Source of the DNA: Spirogloea muscicola
Lineage: Eukaryota
Reading direction: 5' to 3'
DNA: 64,000 nucleotides
Assembly: GCA_009602725.1 (NCBI GenBank)
Contig: WELB01000003.1
Span: 341,832-405,831, forward strand
Shown here: positions 1-16,200 of the stretch, piece by piece
Position numbering within the stretch: position 1 is the stretch's first letter
Layout: every line of letters starts with the position of its first letter
The notes under the pieces: model-generated
Told to the model about the DNA's origin: nothing
The model's input: the letters and a program-made list of their open reading frames with translations, nothing else
The model's database searches: none
Program-made: the position numbers and the translations under genes

Positions 1-4140
<4,140 letters not shown>

Positions 4141-4633
4141 CTGTGCTGTGTTGTTAGAAGCAACAGGTTGAGTGTACAGCCTGGTTCAAGTAGATCTAAG
4201 TAGAGGAAGGTGCTCGCTTTGTACATAGAGGTGAGTGGAACGAGCCCCCATTTAGCAAGGGGCTAATCGGGTGAATGTCGTGCTAGCACGCCTCTGCTAC
4301 GTCGCGCATTTCCCATTGAGTATATTACATGTTTGAGTATTGCTAAGTAGGTACACCCATAGTTTCGTACTAAACACTTGGCTGAGTACAGTGTACAGCT
4401 CTTATTTGCCCAAGCCAAGCACCACGGGCCGCTTCAAGTGGATGGTCGCCACGTGCAGGCCAAATTACACTCCCATAATCGATGTCTGTTGGCAGGAAGC
4501 GATTGCACAAATAATTACAGCTCGCAACCAGGATCCCAGCATACGGACTAGGTGCACTTGTAATGTCTCCTCGCTCTTAATCTCCAGCTTGCTAGCACTT
4601 CATTGCAGCACCTGAAGCTGTCATCGCGCAAAG

Positions 4634-5501
4634 TCAGGCACTTTGCATGGCCTCCCGATGGGCAGCACGGCTGCCAACGAGCATAAGCTCTGACCACAAG
4701 AGAGCGTCCTGCAGCTCGTCTTGCTCGTTCTCCTGCACACACGATATCAACAGAGGCTAGCAAGTCAGTAGCCCTCAGGTTGAATTTGCCGTATACTTGT
4801 CCCAATCCCCTCTGAACACAGCTGACAACTGAAACTGTACTGTGCTCTACCCATATTAGTATTCAACTTTAGGTCCTAATAACATGCTAGCAAGTGGAGC
4901 GAAGGCTCTGAGCTTCGCAAGGGGATGTGTGGGCAAAGAGTCATCTCACCTGGCCATGTCCATCTTGAATCGATGGAAAAACTCTCAGTTTCCGAGCATC
5001 CGCTCGGAGCAACAGCAATGTCTGTGCTTTGGACGCCTGTCAAAGCCCACACACCATTTTAGGAGCAGGACCTCTGAGCGCCCACGGGGGCAGCTCTGGG
5101 GAGGCATTGACATCAGTCACCCCAAACTGCAACTGGTGGCTTGCTTGCACTCCGGGGCAGGCTCACCATGTCCTCAAGCAGAGCCAGGGTCCACTGGTGG
5201 TCCACACTGCAAGCCTCTGTCGCCAAGTGAGCGGCGGCGCACAGCTCGTCGACGTTTCTCAGCCAGGCTCCCTGGCTCTCCTTCACTGCGTCGGCCTTGG
5301 CGCCATCAAGTCAGGCGCGCCGGAAGCAACAGCGGCTCTGGCCCTTTCCCTGGCATAGGAGGAGGCGGCGAGAAGCCCTTCCTCACACACAGGCACGGGG
5401 TAGTCACCAGAGGCCCTTACGTCTGGAGGAGCAGCGAAGGTGAGGTGCGCACCCCAGGGCTCACCGCGGCGGTCTGTGCGACAGCCGTCGCCCTTGTCCA
5501 T
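4634..5501 (-). CDS. Candidate unannotated 4-exon gene, ~113 aa, function unknown
   Basis: Exons 5501-5465, 5285-5167, 5036-4950 and 4732-4634 are joined by GTGAG...CAG introns and stay in frame (342 nt). A GC-rich 5' region with telo-box-like motifs lies upstream. No recognisable domain. Confidence 0.45.
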
Positions 5502-5685
5502 GTAGTGCAAGAGGCTGCCCACGATGAAGGGCCAGGGGCCCCCGCCGAGGCAAGTGCTGGTCCACTCCAGCCGCAGTCCGTCAGGCAGGATGGTTATGGC
5601 GCAAAGCGCCTGGCCGCGACGAGGCCCTCGTGGAGGCGAACGCCCGGCGGCGGCGGCGTCGCCCGGGCTGCCTGCCCACCACTCC

Positions 5686-5712
5686 GGTTTAGGGTTCGCT
5701 GCACCCTAAACC
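5686..5712. promoter_or_regulatory. Inverted pair of telomere-like (telo-box-like) motifs in a divergent promoter region
   Basis: ggtttagggt (5686-5695) and accctaaacc (5703-5712) form a perfect 10-bp inverted repeat of TTTAGGG-type sequence between the candidate gene and RLPH. Confidence 0.35.
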
Positions 5713-6152
5713 GAAACCCAGTAGCTTCCCTACTTAGGGCCAAATCACACTCGGTCGGTCGGTCGGTCGCGGCGGAGGGGTACGTGTCGCGCGTGTATGG
5801 ACGCCCGGGATCAAGAGCCTGCTAATGCGAAGCCAAGATTAGGCCATATTGCGACCAACCGACAAGGGTGAATTGGCCCTTAGCCCTTCCCAGCGCGGGG
5901 CTTCGGTGGGTGGAGTCCAGGAGATTGTAGCTTCTTTGCCCACCGCAAGAGCTGTGCATCGGCTGGCCTTGGCTTCCCCTTCGCTCCCACTTGCGGCTCA
6001 TCACCTCCTCGCCTTTGCCTCCCCGTGGTACTGATATACACCCCACTCTCCCCCTGCCTTTGGGCTCGGCTGGCTCCTCGGCCGCCCCTTGGTCCCCCAT
6101 TGGCACCGCGGTCTCCCCCGCGCCGCCCCCGGCGCCGGGCGCCGCGGCGGCC

Positions 6153-7985
6153 ATGGCCGCGCCNTGCGTGGGCGACCTGCACGGGCAGGCGGGCAAGGCG
6201 GCGCGGCTGTGGGCGGCGCTGGAGGCCGCCGCTGGCACCGCCGCGTTCGCGATCGCGGCCGTGGTGTTCCTGGGCGACTACAACGACCGCGGCCCCGACA
6301 CGCGCGCGCTCCTGGACTGGCTCGCCGCCCTGCCCACCGCCATGCCGCGCCAGGCCCACACCTTCCTCGCCGGCAACCACGACTTCGCCTTCGCCGCCTT
6401 CCTGGGCGCGCTCCCGCCGCCGCCGCCAGGCTTCGCCATGCCCGCCACCTGGCCGCCGCTGGCCGACAAGCAGGCCCGCGAGGGCTGGTGGGACGGCCCA
6501 GCCGTCGACGACGTCCACGTTCAGGGCCGCAGGTGCGCCGCCACGGACGCCGCTGCCGTCGCCGCCGCTGCGCAGCGAGCTTGGGAGGACGTGCTGGAGC
6601 GATGCCGTGGTGGGCTGCTCCCGGCAGGTGGGCGGGCACCATGGTGGACAAGCACAACCCCAAGGGCGGCCTCTACCTCGGCAGCACATACGACGCCGCC
6701 TCCACCTTCGCCTCGTACGGCTGCCCTTACGGCGACCGTGCAGGTGCGAGCACCTCCGCCCGCGACCTTGACCCAGGCTCGCAGCAGACCTGGCCTGGCC
6801 GCTGGCGCTGCTAGTGTCACGGGCCTGCCGGCCGCATGTGCCGAATGTCGACTTGCCGGGTGGCAGAACTTCCAGAGCGTCAGCTCTGCAGGTTCCTCGC
6901 GCAGCGTCCGTGCTCATCTGCGTGTGGCTCACTTGCGCCTCCACAGCATTGCTGGCCGCCGTCCCAGAGAGCCACAAGGAGTTTCTGCGGAACCTCGTGT
7001 GGGTCCACGAGCAGGTACGGGAGATGCTGGCCTGGATGATACGTGCAGGAGAATGTGCCCCTCCACCCCATGTCCTTCATGCTGCCTTCTTGTCCTCGAC
7101 TGTGTCTTGTCGACGGCTTGGGCCATCCAAGTGAGCTTGTGGCCACCTATCTAATGAAGCCTCTCCAGAGGCGCCCATGCGCGTCACAGCAGGTTTCGGA
7201 CCGACTCTGCTACATCCCCCTCCTTTGACGCCCTCCTTTGACGCACTTGCGAGGCGACCGCCCTGCTGGTGCAGGAGGGGGTGGACACCGGGGATCCTGA
7301 GACCAGCTACAAGCGCCTGATTGCAGTGCACGCAGGCCTGCTCAGCACTGAGCCGGTGGAGGAGCAGCTGAACATGCTACGTGCGCGCGACATGCGGCAG
7401 CCTCGCATCGAGCAGCTCAGTGGCCGAAGCAATGTCTGGGAGACACCTCCGGTGAGGGAGTGCCTGCGGCAGCCACATGAATCTTGGAGAGATCCAGGGC
7501 TTCCTTTAGAATGCAGGCCACTCTTCGATTGCCAGAGGGACCTGCTGGTTTAGCTCAAGCCTTGCCTCTCATTGACCTTGACCAAGAGAGTCCTGCCTTG
7601 TGCCTCTATGGTTCTTTGTGGCTATGCCTTGTCGACTGCATGTTAAGCCCCACTGATACTAGTACTGGCTACATTTTGTCCAGCGGAAAGTATGGACTGG
7701 CTACCTTCAGCCGAGTCTCTTGCTCCAACTTTGACCATTACTCTCCCTGTGTAGGAGCTCGGAGACGAGGTGCTGCTAATCAGTGGTCATCATGGTGTGC
7801 TGGAGTTCCCGAGCAAGAATCGAATGATCATCGACGAGTGTGGAGGTCATGGTGACAGACCTTTGGCAGCTATCATCCTGCCCCAGCGTATCATTGTCCG
7901 CGACACTGATGTTCTGGAGAGACTGCTGCCACTTGACGCAACGGTCCCACCTGAGTTGGCAGAGCCGCTGGTGCCTGTCGCGTGA
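6153..7985 (+). CDS. RLPH2: Rhizobiales-like (RLPH) PPP-family metallophosphoesterase, multi-exon
   Basis: Motifs GDLHG, GDYNDRG, GNHD, STYDAASTFASYG, AVHAGL, ISGHHG and IIDECGG. A single N at 6164 may hide a few N-terminal codons. Confidence 0.88.
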
Positions 7986-8692
7986 CAGTCTTGCTGCAGC
8001 TTGCATGCAGACCCTGCTCAGCTTTGAGCATTGTGCCCCAACTGAGCACCTGCTGGGCTGGCATGGCTGCTGGCAGCACTTCTTCAGTGTGTCGTAGATG
8101 CCTTAGGTGGTCAGCATGGCAGATGCCTGTCCTTTGCTGAGAAGCCACATAGCAGAACCAATTGTGTCACTGTATACGAGTCACGAGATACCTGCCCAGC
8201 CTCCAAATTGGTCACAAAGGAATGCGCACATTGGTGCAATCTGATCAATTAGTCCCCTGTCCCCTGTGAGCTTTCCTTGCACTGCTCTAAAAGTTGCTGC
8301 TAGCTGTGGCAGACAGTCCCTACCATCAATCATCAGGTGGTTCGGTGTGTACATCCAGCGGGGAACACACGGCTCGGCAGCACAGGCTGGCTGCCTGTCA
8401 GGTTTCGAGGCCAGCCCGAACGCTCGGACATTCTCACCGCCGCAGCATTGATGAATGCAAAACCTTTGGCGTGATCCACATTGCCCAAGTGCTGAACAGC
8501 ACCTACCAAAGCTGCTCTTGCCCAAAGTCAAGGCGTGCGCTGCTTTGCAGCTCTGCTCGAGCCGCGGTGCCCAAGCTTGGGCTCAAATGGGCCGTGCTGA
8601 CTTTACCTGCTTGTCAGTCCAGGTCGCCAGCTGAGCACCTCTGCCTGGCTGCTAGAAGGTGAAGGGTAGTGGCGAAGGCTCAAGGTGCGCCG

Positions 8693-9280
8693 TCAGAGGG
8701 TGTGGTAGGGGCGGGGGTCCACGAGCGCGACGACCATGCCGTCCAGCCCGGGCGTGAGGCGGATCTGGCAGCCGAGGCGGGAGTGGGAGTTGACGGCGCC
8801 GGTCGCCGACACCGCCACCAGGCGCTCGTGCTCCGCCGACGTCTTGGGCGGCAGCTGCTGCAGCCACTCGTTGGCGATCGTCACCTCGCACGTCCCGTTG
8901 CACGACCCGATCTCCTCGAGCTCGTGGTCCTCCGTGCCCCGCACCTTGCACCGGATCAGCGACTGCGCGAGGAGCCCCCCGAGATAGTGGTGAGATAGTG
9001 CTGCCTCTAACGTGGAGCTGCCGCTGCCATGGCGAGCTCTGGAGCTGCGCGCGGCCCGCGGCGCGCGGAGACGGAGGAGCGACTGGAGCTGTTACGGTGG
9101 CAGCGGATGCAGCGGTGGCGAGGACCTGGAGGAGCGACTGGCCGGCGAGGCCCTTGACGGCGTGGCGGTCGCCGTCGGGGTCGATGGCCACCAGGTTGAC
9201 GACGCGGTCCGCCACGCGCGGCGCGCTGCCGCCGGCGGCGCCGCGGCGGGGCACNCGCGCAGCGCGGGTAGGGCGGCCAT
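8693..9280 (-). CDS. Mitochondrial ferredoxin-like protein (complex I bridge ferredoxin, C1-Fd type), one intron
   Basis: VADRVVNLVAIDPDGDRHAVKGLAGQSLLQ|SLIR...HELEEIGSCNGTCEV...SRLGCQIRLTPGLDGMVVAL. It has a His plus three Cys rather than four Cys, as in plant C1-Fd, and an Arg/Ala-rich presequence. N at 9255. Confidence 0.8.
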
Positions 9281-9759
9281 GGCCGGGCGGAGCTGGGAGG
9301 CGCTCCTTCGCCCCTACTGGCCACCCCAACTGGTCTCCCGCTCCCCAGTCCCGGCCACGCCCTCCCCCTCATGGACGTCTGTCGATGCACTTGCCATCGT
9401 GCTTGGCCACTCAGGCCCTCCTCCGTCACCAACACACACTCCATTCCCTCCCGCGGTTGCGGTGCAGCGCTCTGGAAGTGCTGCCGTGAGAGGCCTGCCC
9501 GGACAGGACTGGCGTAGGTGCAGGGGGGCCGGCGAGCGCAAACCACGTAACTACTTCAGGACGCCTGCTCTCCGCGGGCTGGCCACCCATTTCCGTAGTC
9601 ACTCCGCCAGCGCCCCGCACCTCCCCTGCCTTGCGCCCGTCCACGGCATGCCCTCACCCCTCCCTTTTGCAAGCCTGGCTATTAAAAGATGCGGCTGCTG
9701 AGATGGCAGGCAATCCCCTCCGGCACGCCTGGCTGCCTGCTGCACAGGCCGCCGCGGCG

Positions 9760-12700
9760 TCAATCCAATTTGCCCTCCTCGATAGCAGCATCGTCGTCTA
9801 AGCTAAACACGTCCGTGTTGACAGCAGCCCCTCGCTGCTCCTTTGTAGGTTTCTCGTCACCCTCAAACGTCTTCCCCCCACCACCACCCGCCGATGTTGT
9901 CAGCGCCACTGCCTCCTCATCAGCACCATCATCAGGCACATCCTCGGAGTACGCATACCTGGATGCATGCCAATGCAATGCATGCTATCACATGATCAGG
10001 CGGGCAACCTGGAGATGCTGAGGCCTTGAAGAGAGGGAACAGGTCAAACAACATCGCCACCTCTTTGCCACCTACACTCACTGTCATACTCACGTCATGG
10101 CGGACCAATGGCGGACTAAGACAGTCCAGCCACGCCCTTTGCCACTTAAGCATAGCAAGGCACCAAGAGCGCCAAGAACCTATAATCAGCACTTGCACAA
10201 GTTGCGCCCCCACCTTGTGGAATTCTGACTTGGTGCCCAGAGCACGCAGATCGTGACGAGGAGGAGGAACGAGAGCACGTCCCAAAAGTGGGTGATGATC
10301 TCAAGTCTTTCCCAGGCGCCTAGGTCGAACCTGCTTGTGTAGATCTGCAAGTAGATGCAGGAACAAAGTGATGCAATCAGGACTAAGTGCTGTCCACTTC
10401 ATCTTAGCAGGCAACCAGAGGACAACGGAAACCCGTTGAAGACATTAGCACCTGAAGAAGCAAGCTACAACATACATGCAGACAGTGGCAACACTATTTG
10501 CTTACCTCATATCCAATCCAGGCAACAGCCACAAGCACACCTATGGCAAGGGCGTTGGTAAATCTCCTATACAAGTCAAGCTTTGCCACCTGTCGCCGTG
10601 CCTGGAAAAGAAAGTAAAAGGGGGTCATCTGCCAAGAAATAGCTTCAGGCACAAAGTGCACTGAACATGCTGCCTTTACTTTCTCTTCTTCCCAATGTGT
10701 GGTGTGCGAAGCTAGCCTACAAGGCTGCCTAGTCCGCTGTTGGTGAAAGCAAGCATATACGTACTTGGAGTTGCGCAAGAGTCTTGGACAGCGAGGTAAA
10801 GATCCACAATATGAAGATTGCCTCCAGCACAGACTCTGGCAGGACTAGAAAAGCTTTCTCCAGTTTGTAAAGGTCAGAGATGGTGCCAACGTGCTCCCAG
10901 ACTTCCAGAACCTCTGTTGCTACAAAGTATGTTGCTCCAAATAATATCACCTGCCATGCAGAGAAGTCAGATGCTGATCAGTGATCCGTGCATAATATTT
11001 CCATCTTCTCAAGAGCATTCATCCTTACTAAATGAGGCAACTGAACGGTATGATTGATCAAGGAGGAGGGAGAGAAAGTCCGTTCTGTCTAAAAGTCCAA
11101 GCCCCAGTGTCAAATCAATTGTCGCATTCCCCACAACACCAATAAGCGCCGCTTCAATCTCAAACCGAGTCTCAAATTGAGGAAACACAGGGCTGTTATT
11201 GCATGTGCAATAGCTGCTGGCATCACGTAGCAGCCCCTTCTCATTGCTATGCTATAAATCACTCTCAAAGAGGTCAAAGTGGCTGGCATAGCAGCAGACC
11301 TGCAGAGACAATCCACCAAGTGTAGGGCGGACTACTCCAAACCCCATTGAGACAACAAGGACGAGCATATGAGACACAGTTTTCCGAATTGCTCCCAGTG
11401 TCACAGCCCAAATTGTGATACCAATAGGCCTCTTTCCCGTTTGGTTAAAATTCTCATAGTCAAAGTACCACATCGTCATCTCCATCATTCCTAGAGCCAA
11501 TACTGCTGATATGCAGTTTTGCAGCTGAAGGATGTCCTTCCAGTATCGGGCATATTGGAGCAGCCAAAGTACACCAAGAAGTAAGTAAGCCTGCACAGCA
11601 ACCGGCAAGGGAACCCCTTGAAGACATTTCAGTGCCAGATGAAAGGTCTTCATTGTACATTTCTAGAAGAATATGCCGCATGCGTTAGAAAGCCCTCGAC
11701 TGTCACTCAACAGCTACAATACACTCTTATTTCTTATCTTGCTGGAGCAAGCAGGCATGAGGAGGCCTCAGACAGTCAAGCTGTGTAGCATGGGCTTACC
11801 AAGGACATGAGAGCATAGAAGGAGAGCAGGGGAACCTTCATGCCAGGAAGGAAACCCCCAGGATTCTTCCAGGTACTCAGTCCTGATATTGTCAAGTCTT
11901 CGTACAAGTTTCTGTCGCAGGTTACGAACCAGAGGAAATACATGCCGGTCTTGTTGATCTGGAATGTCGTATCATCAACTTTCAAATCCAGCTCTGTGCC
12001 TTGGAAGTAGTATGACTCCACATGCGGCCACTGCAGAGCAATTTGCAGAGGAAATTGTTGCATATCAACTATGGCAGGCGGGACAATGCTGTCACGAGGT
12101 TCTTGAGAATCTGTCATACTTTGAGAATGTCGCAAGAGATTATTCGGCAGCTGACTGCGCCCCGTACCTCATCGTCCACCGACTTGTTCACAATCACTTC
12201 GTTCAGCTCCTGGCACTGATTGCGACTCTTCAGGGCCTCGGTACAGCACAAGAACGTTTGAAGTCTGGTTGAGTAGAAAACTTTCCTGCCAAAGTCATGG
12301 ACCTCAAAGAGAACAGCTTGCACTAGTCCAGTGTGATGATCTGAATGCTTGTACTTGTTTGCCGTTGCATTGGTCCTGTGGAAAGCCAGATGCTGTAACC
12401 TGCAGACCATACAGGGCAGCCAAGGCTCCGCATCAGCTTGACGAGAACTTTCCCTGGCTCCAGCGCTCGCATCTCGTTGCTGAAAAGACGGCTCAGTATC
12501 TGCCATGGTAAATGAGCCCATCATCCAATGGGGTTGCATTGGCAAGCGCGCCGAACTCAAGAACTGTGGCACACATGCAGGCACTGCAGACATAGCTGGC
12601 CACAAGGTCACTGCAAACATAGCTGGCCACAAGGTCAGGCGAGTTGGAGGAAGACTCATGCAATGCTCACGCCAGAAGGATTAGCTGCTGAACGAGGCTG

Positions 12701-13157
12701 GTCAAGTTGGTCGCCGCATGATCACACAGCACGGGGCTTGGGGAGCCCTACAGATGGCCTTGAGTTTGACCTGATGTAGGAGATACCGTCGGCAACTTGC
12801 GGGCGCGTGCTGGAGAAGCTGCTCTGGATGGGGCCACTGCGGGACGCGTATAGGCCCTCGTGGCCGCCGTCATAGTGGTAGTACGGCTGGTGATATCGGG
12901 GCTGCAAGCGACAGGATCCACAAGCAGCAATGAGCGGCCCGCTCGCAGAGCGCGGCGGCGGCTCGGCGGAGGCGCCAGGCGAGCACTAAGAGAAGCAAGA
13001 GAAAGGAGGAGGGTGCGCAGATCACGTTGTCCTTGAAGCGGCCCGAGTACTTGTGCTGAGCGGCGACGGCGGGGCCGGCCAGCAGCTCCAGGAGGACGAG
13101 CCACAGCGCGGTGGCAGCGGCGGCGGCTGCGGCCGGCAGCCGCCGGGGGCCGGCCAT
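9760..13157 (-). CDS. Lung seven-transmembrane receptor family protein (TMEM87/GPR107-like), multi-exon
   Basis: Signal peptide, GGHEGLYAS, TGMYFLWFVTCD, WKNPGGFLPG, LQLQNCI, LVVSMGFGVVRPTLGG, WIFTSLSKTL, KLDLYRRFTN, LWAPSQNSTRYAYSE and the C-terminus EEGKLD*. Confidence 0.9.
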
Positions 13158-13235
13158 GGGCCGCGGCNNNNNNNNNNNNNNNNNNNNNNNNNNNNNNNNN
13201 NNNNGCCCAACCCCCGCCCGGGCCTTCCTCGCCGC

Positions 13236-16200
13236 TCACCAGAACGGGCACCACCTGCCACCCGCGCCGCCGCCGCCGCGTCAGTCCCCCCGCCGCCGCC
13301 ATTGCCGCCGCCGCCGCCCGACGTCGCCGCCGCCGCGGGCCGCGCGCGTACCCGATGTAGCTCTGGCACAGGTTCTCGTGGCTCGTCGCCTGCGCCACCA
13401 GCTTCTGCACCTGCGTCGGCACGCCCAGCCCCGCCTCGCCCTCCCGCCCCGCCGCACCGCTGGCGCCGCCGCCGCCGCCGCCGGACCCCTGCTCCATGCT
13501 GCTCGTCCGCTTCACCGCGGGCCCCGGCGGGCCGGACCCCAGGCTCGCCGGCCCCACGGTCGGCGCCTGGCCGGCGCTGCCACCCGCCTGGGACGACGGC
13601 TGCAGGCCCAGCGGCACAAAGTCGCGCCCCGTGAGCTTGTTGCTCATGCGCGTCATCACCGCCACCGCGCGCTCGTTCAGCACCTCGTTGGCGTCGCCCA
13701 GCTGCCCCACCGCCTGGTTCGACGCAGGCCACAGCACACACGGCACGTGAGGGAAGGCTTCACGTCATAGCTTTTGAAGCATGAGGAGGATGCCTAGGAA
13801 ATACCGCGCGTGCGAGACTCGACAGCGCTAGCATTCTAAGCTAAAAATGAACATCCGAAGGACCGAAGGTGGCACCAAGTGCGGACCTGCAGAAGCTCAC
13901 GCTCTCGCACGCCTCGCTGTGGCGGGGATGGCAAGTTGCTGTACTCGTCGTTGCTTGCGGGCCGGATGCCCCCTCCTCCGGCTCCGCCAGCAGTCGCATG
14001 TGGAGTGTCGTTGATGTTGAATAAGCGCCAGTTAATGAGCGGGTCGTGGACGAAGGCCTGCATCATGGGCTCACTTCCTCGTCAGGGCTACCTCTCACCA
14101 AGTGGCAAACATCTTTTACGACAACCACAGGCGATGCTCAGCATGAACATCTCAAACCAGGCCCGCTAGAAACAGAGATTGCTTCGCACCTCCATCATGG
14201 CCATGACGCTGTCCTTGTTGGTCCTCAGGACCTGCATCACGTCCTCACATGTAAACCGGAAGGTTCCCTCAATACCGCTCACCTCCATCGCTTTCACCAG
14301 CATCCTGGTCAGCCGGAATGGCACCTGCATGCACATATGCACTCTGAGCAGTACTGCCTGACCTGAATCTAATGCAGTGCTTGCAAAGATGGTGCAGTAC
14401 TCACTATTCTTATGTTGGTCCTTCTTCGCAAGTTAGCTGCTAGGCGACTTGCACGCACCTAGACAATGTCTTCCTACATACACTCTGCTGCTTGGATGGC
14501 TGTCATAAAAAAGATCGGGTCATCAGCATACACTCCGAGTGCTGACCTTCTCCGGGAACTTCTCCCGATTCATCGAAGCTTCAAAGCAGTCCCCAAAGTC
14601 GATGTGGATGACCTTGCCACTGCAGAATGGCACATGGTCATGTGTGAGCGCTTGATAGTACAAAGTAAGCTCCCATCTCGAGCACTCGGAACAGCAGACC
14701 ACCTGCTCCAATTTCAGCTTGCAACAGACATAGTTGGTTACCTATGTCTGTCAAGCATGAGATTGCTTGGATGACGATCGCCCAGTCCAAGGAGATAGCC
14801 CACCTACCAGAGGTAGAAAAGAGGTATAATGATATTAGCTGTCTGTAAGCAATTGTGCGCTTCAAAATACATGTGAAAGATCAGCTTAGTGAGCAAAGCA
14901 CTAACCATGCTCATAACCGCCAGACTGCGCGTGTAGCTAGTTCGTCGGTCAAGCCACACTTCCGAGCTACGGCTCTTCAGCCATAGGACCTGGTCAAGGA
15001 CAAGTGCAATGCTGAATTGAAGTTATTTATTTACTCATTTAAGTTACGCCACTGAACGCGGCAAGTGCCAACAACAACATGCTGCGAACACCATTGCCAA
15101 TTTGGCGAACGCCACAGCCACATTTTGAGGGCCCATGAGCACCTTGGCAAGATCGTTGCCAGCTGCATTTTCCAGCGCATGTTCAAAGACTTCCACCTTG
15201 GCCATGAGTGTAAGGTGCTCATAGTCTGGAGCGAAATTGAGCATCACGCGATGCTCCACATTGACCTGAATCTGCAGGACATGAAAAAGCAAGCCCCTCA
15301 ACATTCTGACCCTCCTCATGCGGTGCTGCTGTCTCAGGAAGCCTGTCAGAGATGTGCTGAAGAGAGCATTGCCTTGCGAGCTTCCCGGTAGTCTCGAATC
15401 AGCTGATGGAGTGTGTCGCAGTTAGGCACCCAGCCAATAAGGCCGCTGTTTGGAGAGAGTGGGATGACTGCATAGCGCTGGATGCTGAGATCCTTCTCTG
15501 CCGTGTGCCTGGCATTTGCCAAGAGTGTATTGACAAGCCCAAATAGCTGTAGACAAGTGTCACCCCAAGTGGACAGGAAAAATCATAAGTTTCCTGTCAC
15601 ATGCTCGCTCAAAGTGCAAGACAGCATGCAAGCATCAACCTGTACAATATTTCATCACAAAGCGTGGGACCAAAGCAGCCCTTGCAAAGCACGTTCAACC
15701 TGCATGACACGCTCGTCCTGCCGCAAATCCTCGTGACCCTTCAGCAGGAACATATACTCTAAGCCATCTGAGCCATAAATAGTGCACTTGCGGGGGCGCT
15801 GCTTCGAGGTCATGACTATCAATTGTGGTGCAAAGCCAGCAATAGTAATTACTGGTGCACCTGTAGGAGCAGACCACCAAAAGCTAGTCAGAAAACGTTG
15901 TGCACTGAGACTGCCTATACGTTGGGCCATTGGAGAAGAAACCTTCTACTGAAGCAAATTTCCTGCCAAGCCCTGCTGGCCTCACCTGCCCGATAAGTGC
16001 CAGGAACAGCTAACTCCAAGTTGCGTGCATTCACAAGAGCTGGCGAGACGTACTGCAATTGTGAAGGATGGATTGAGGTCAGCATAACATTAGCTTCAAT
16101 ACTGCACGAAAGTGTAAGACGAGGATAAGGAAGTACTCTACGAGAAGTGTGTCAACCTGTGGCGCAATGCAAGTGCCATGCCCAGGGTCCAAAGATGTGA

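Noticed and set aside
4884..5825. 313-aa plus-strand ORF
   Set aside because: It has no domain and low complexity. Splice signals favour a minus-strand gene, so it is probably a GC-rich shadow ORF.
5880..6977. Long overlapping ORFs in GC-rich 5' regions (also at 13.0-13.7, 27-28, 41.4-42.4 and 43-47 kb)
   Set aside because: Stop-codon scarcity in very GC-rich DNA; they are antisense or off-frame to real genes or elements.
6153..7985. RLPH as a new horizontal transfer
   Set aside because: The bacterial affinity of RLPH phosphatases is already established, and this copy is an intron-containing host gene.
12585..12640. 27-bp tandem duplication in a TMEM87-like intron (and a similar one at ~20557-20607 in TOR)
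   Set aside because: Two-copy slippage duplications in introns are ordinary.
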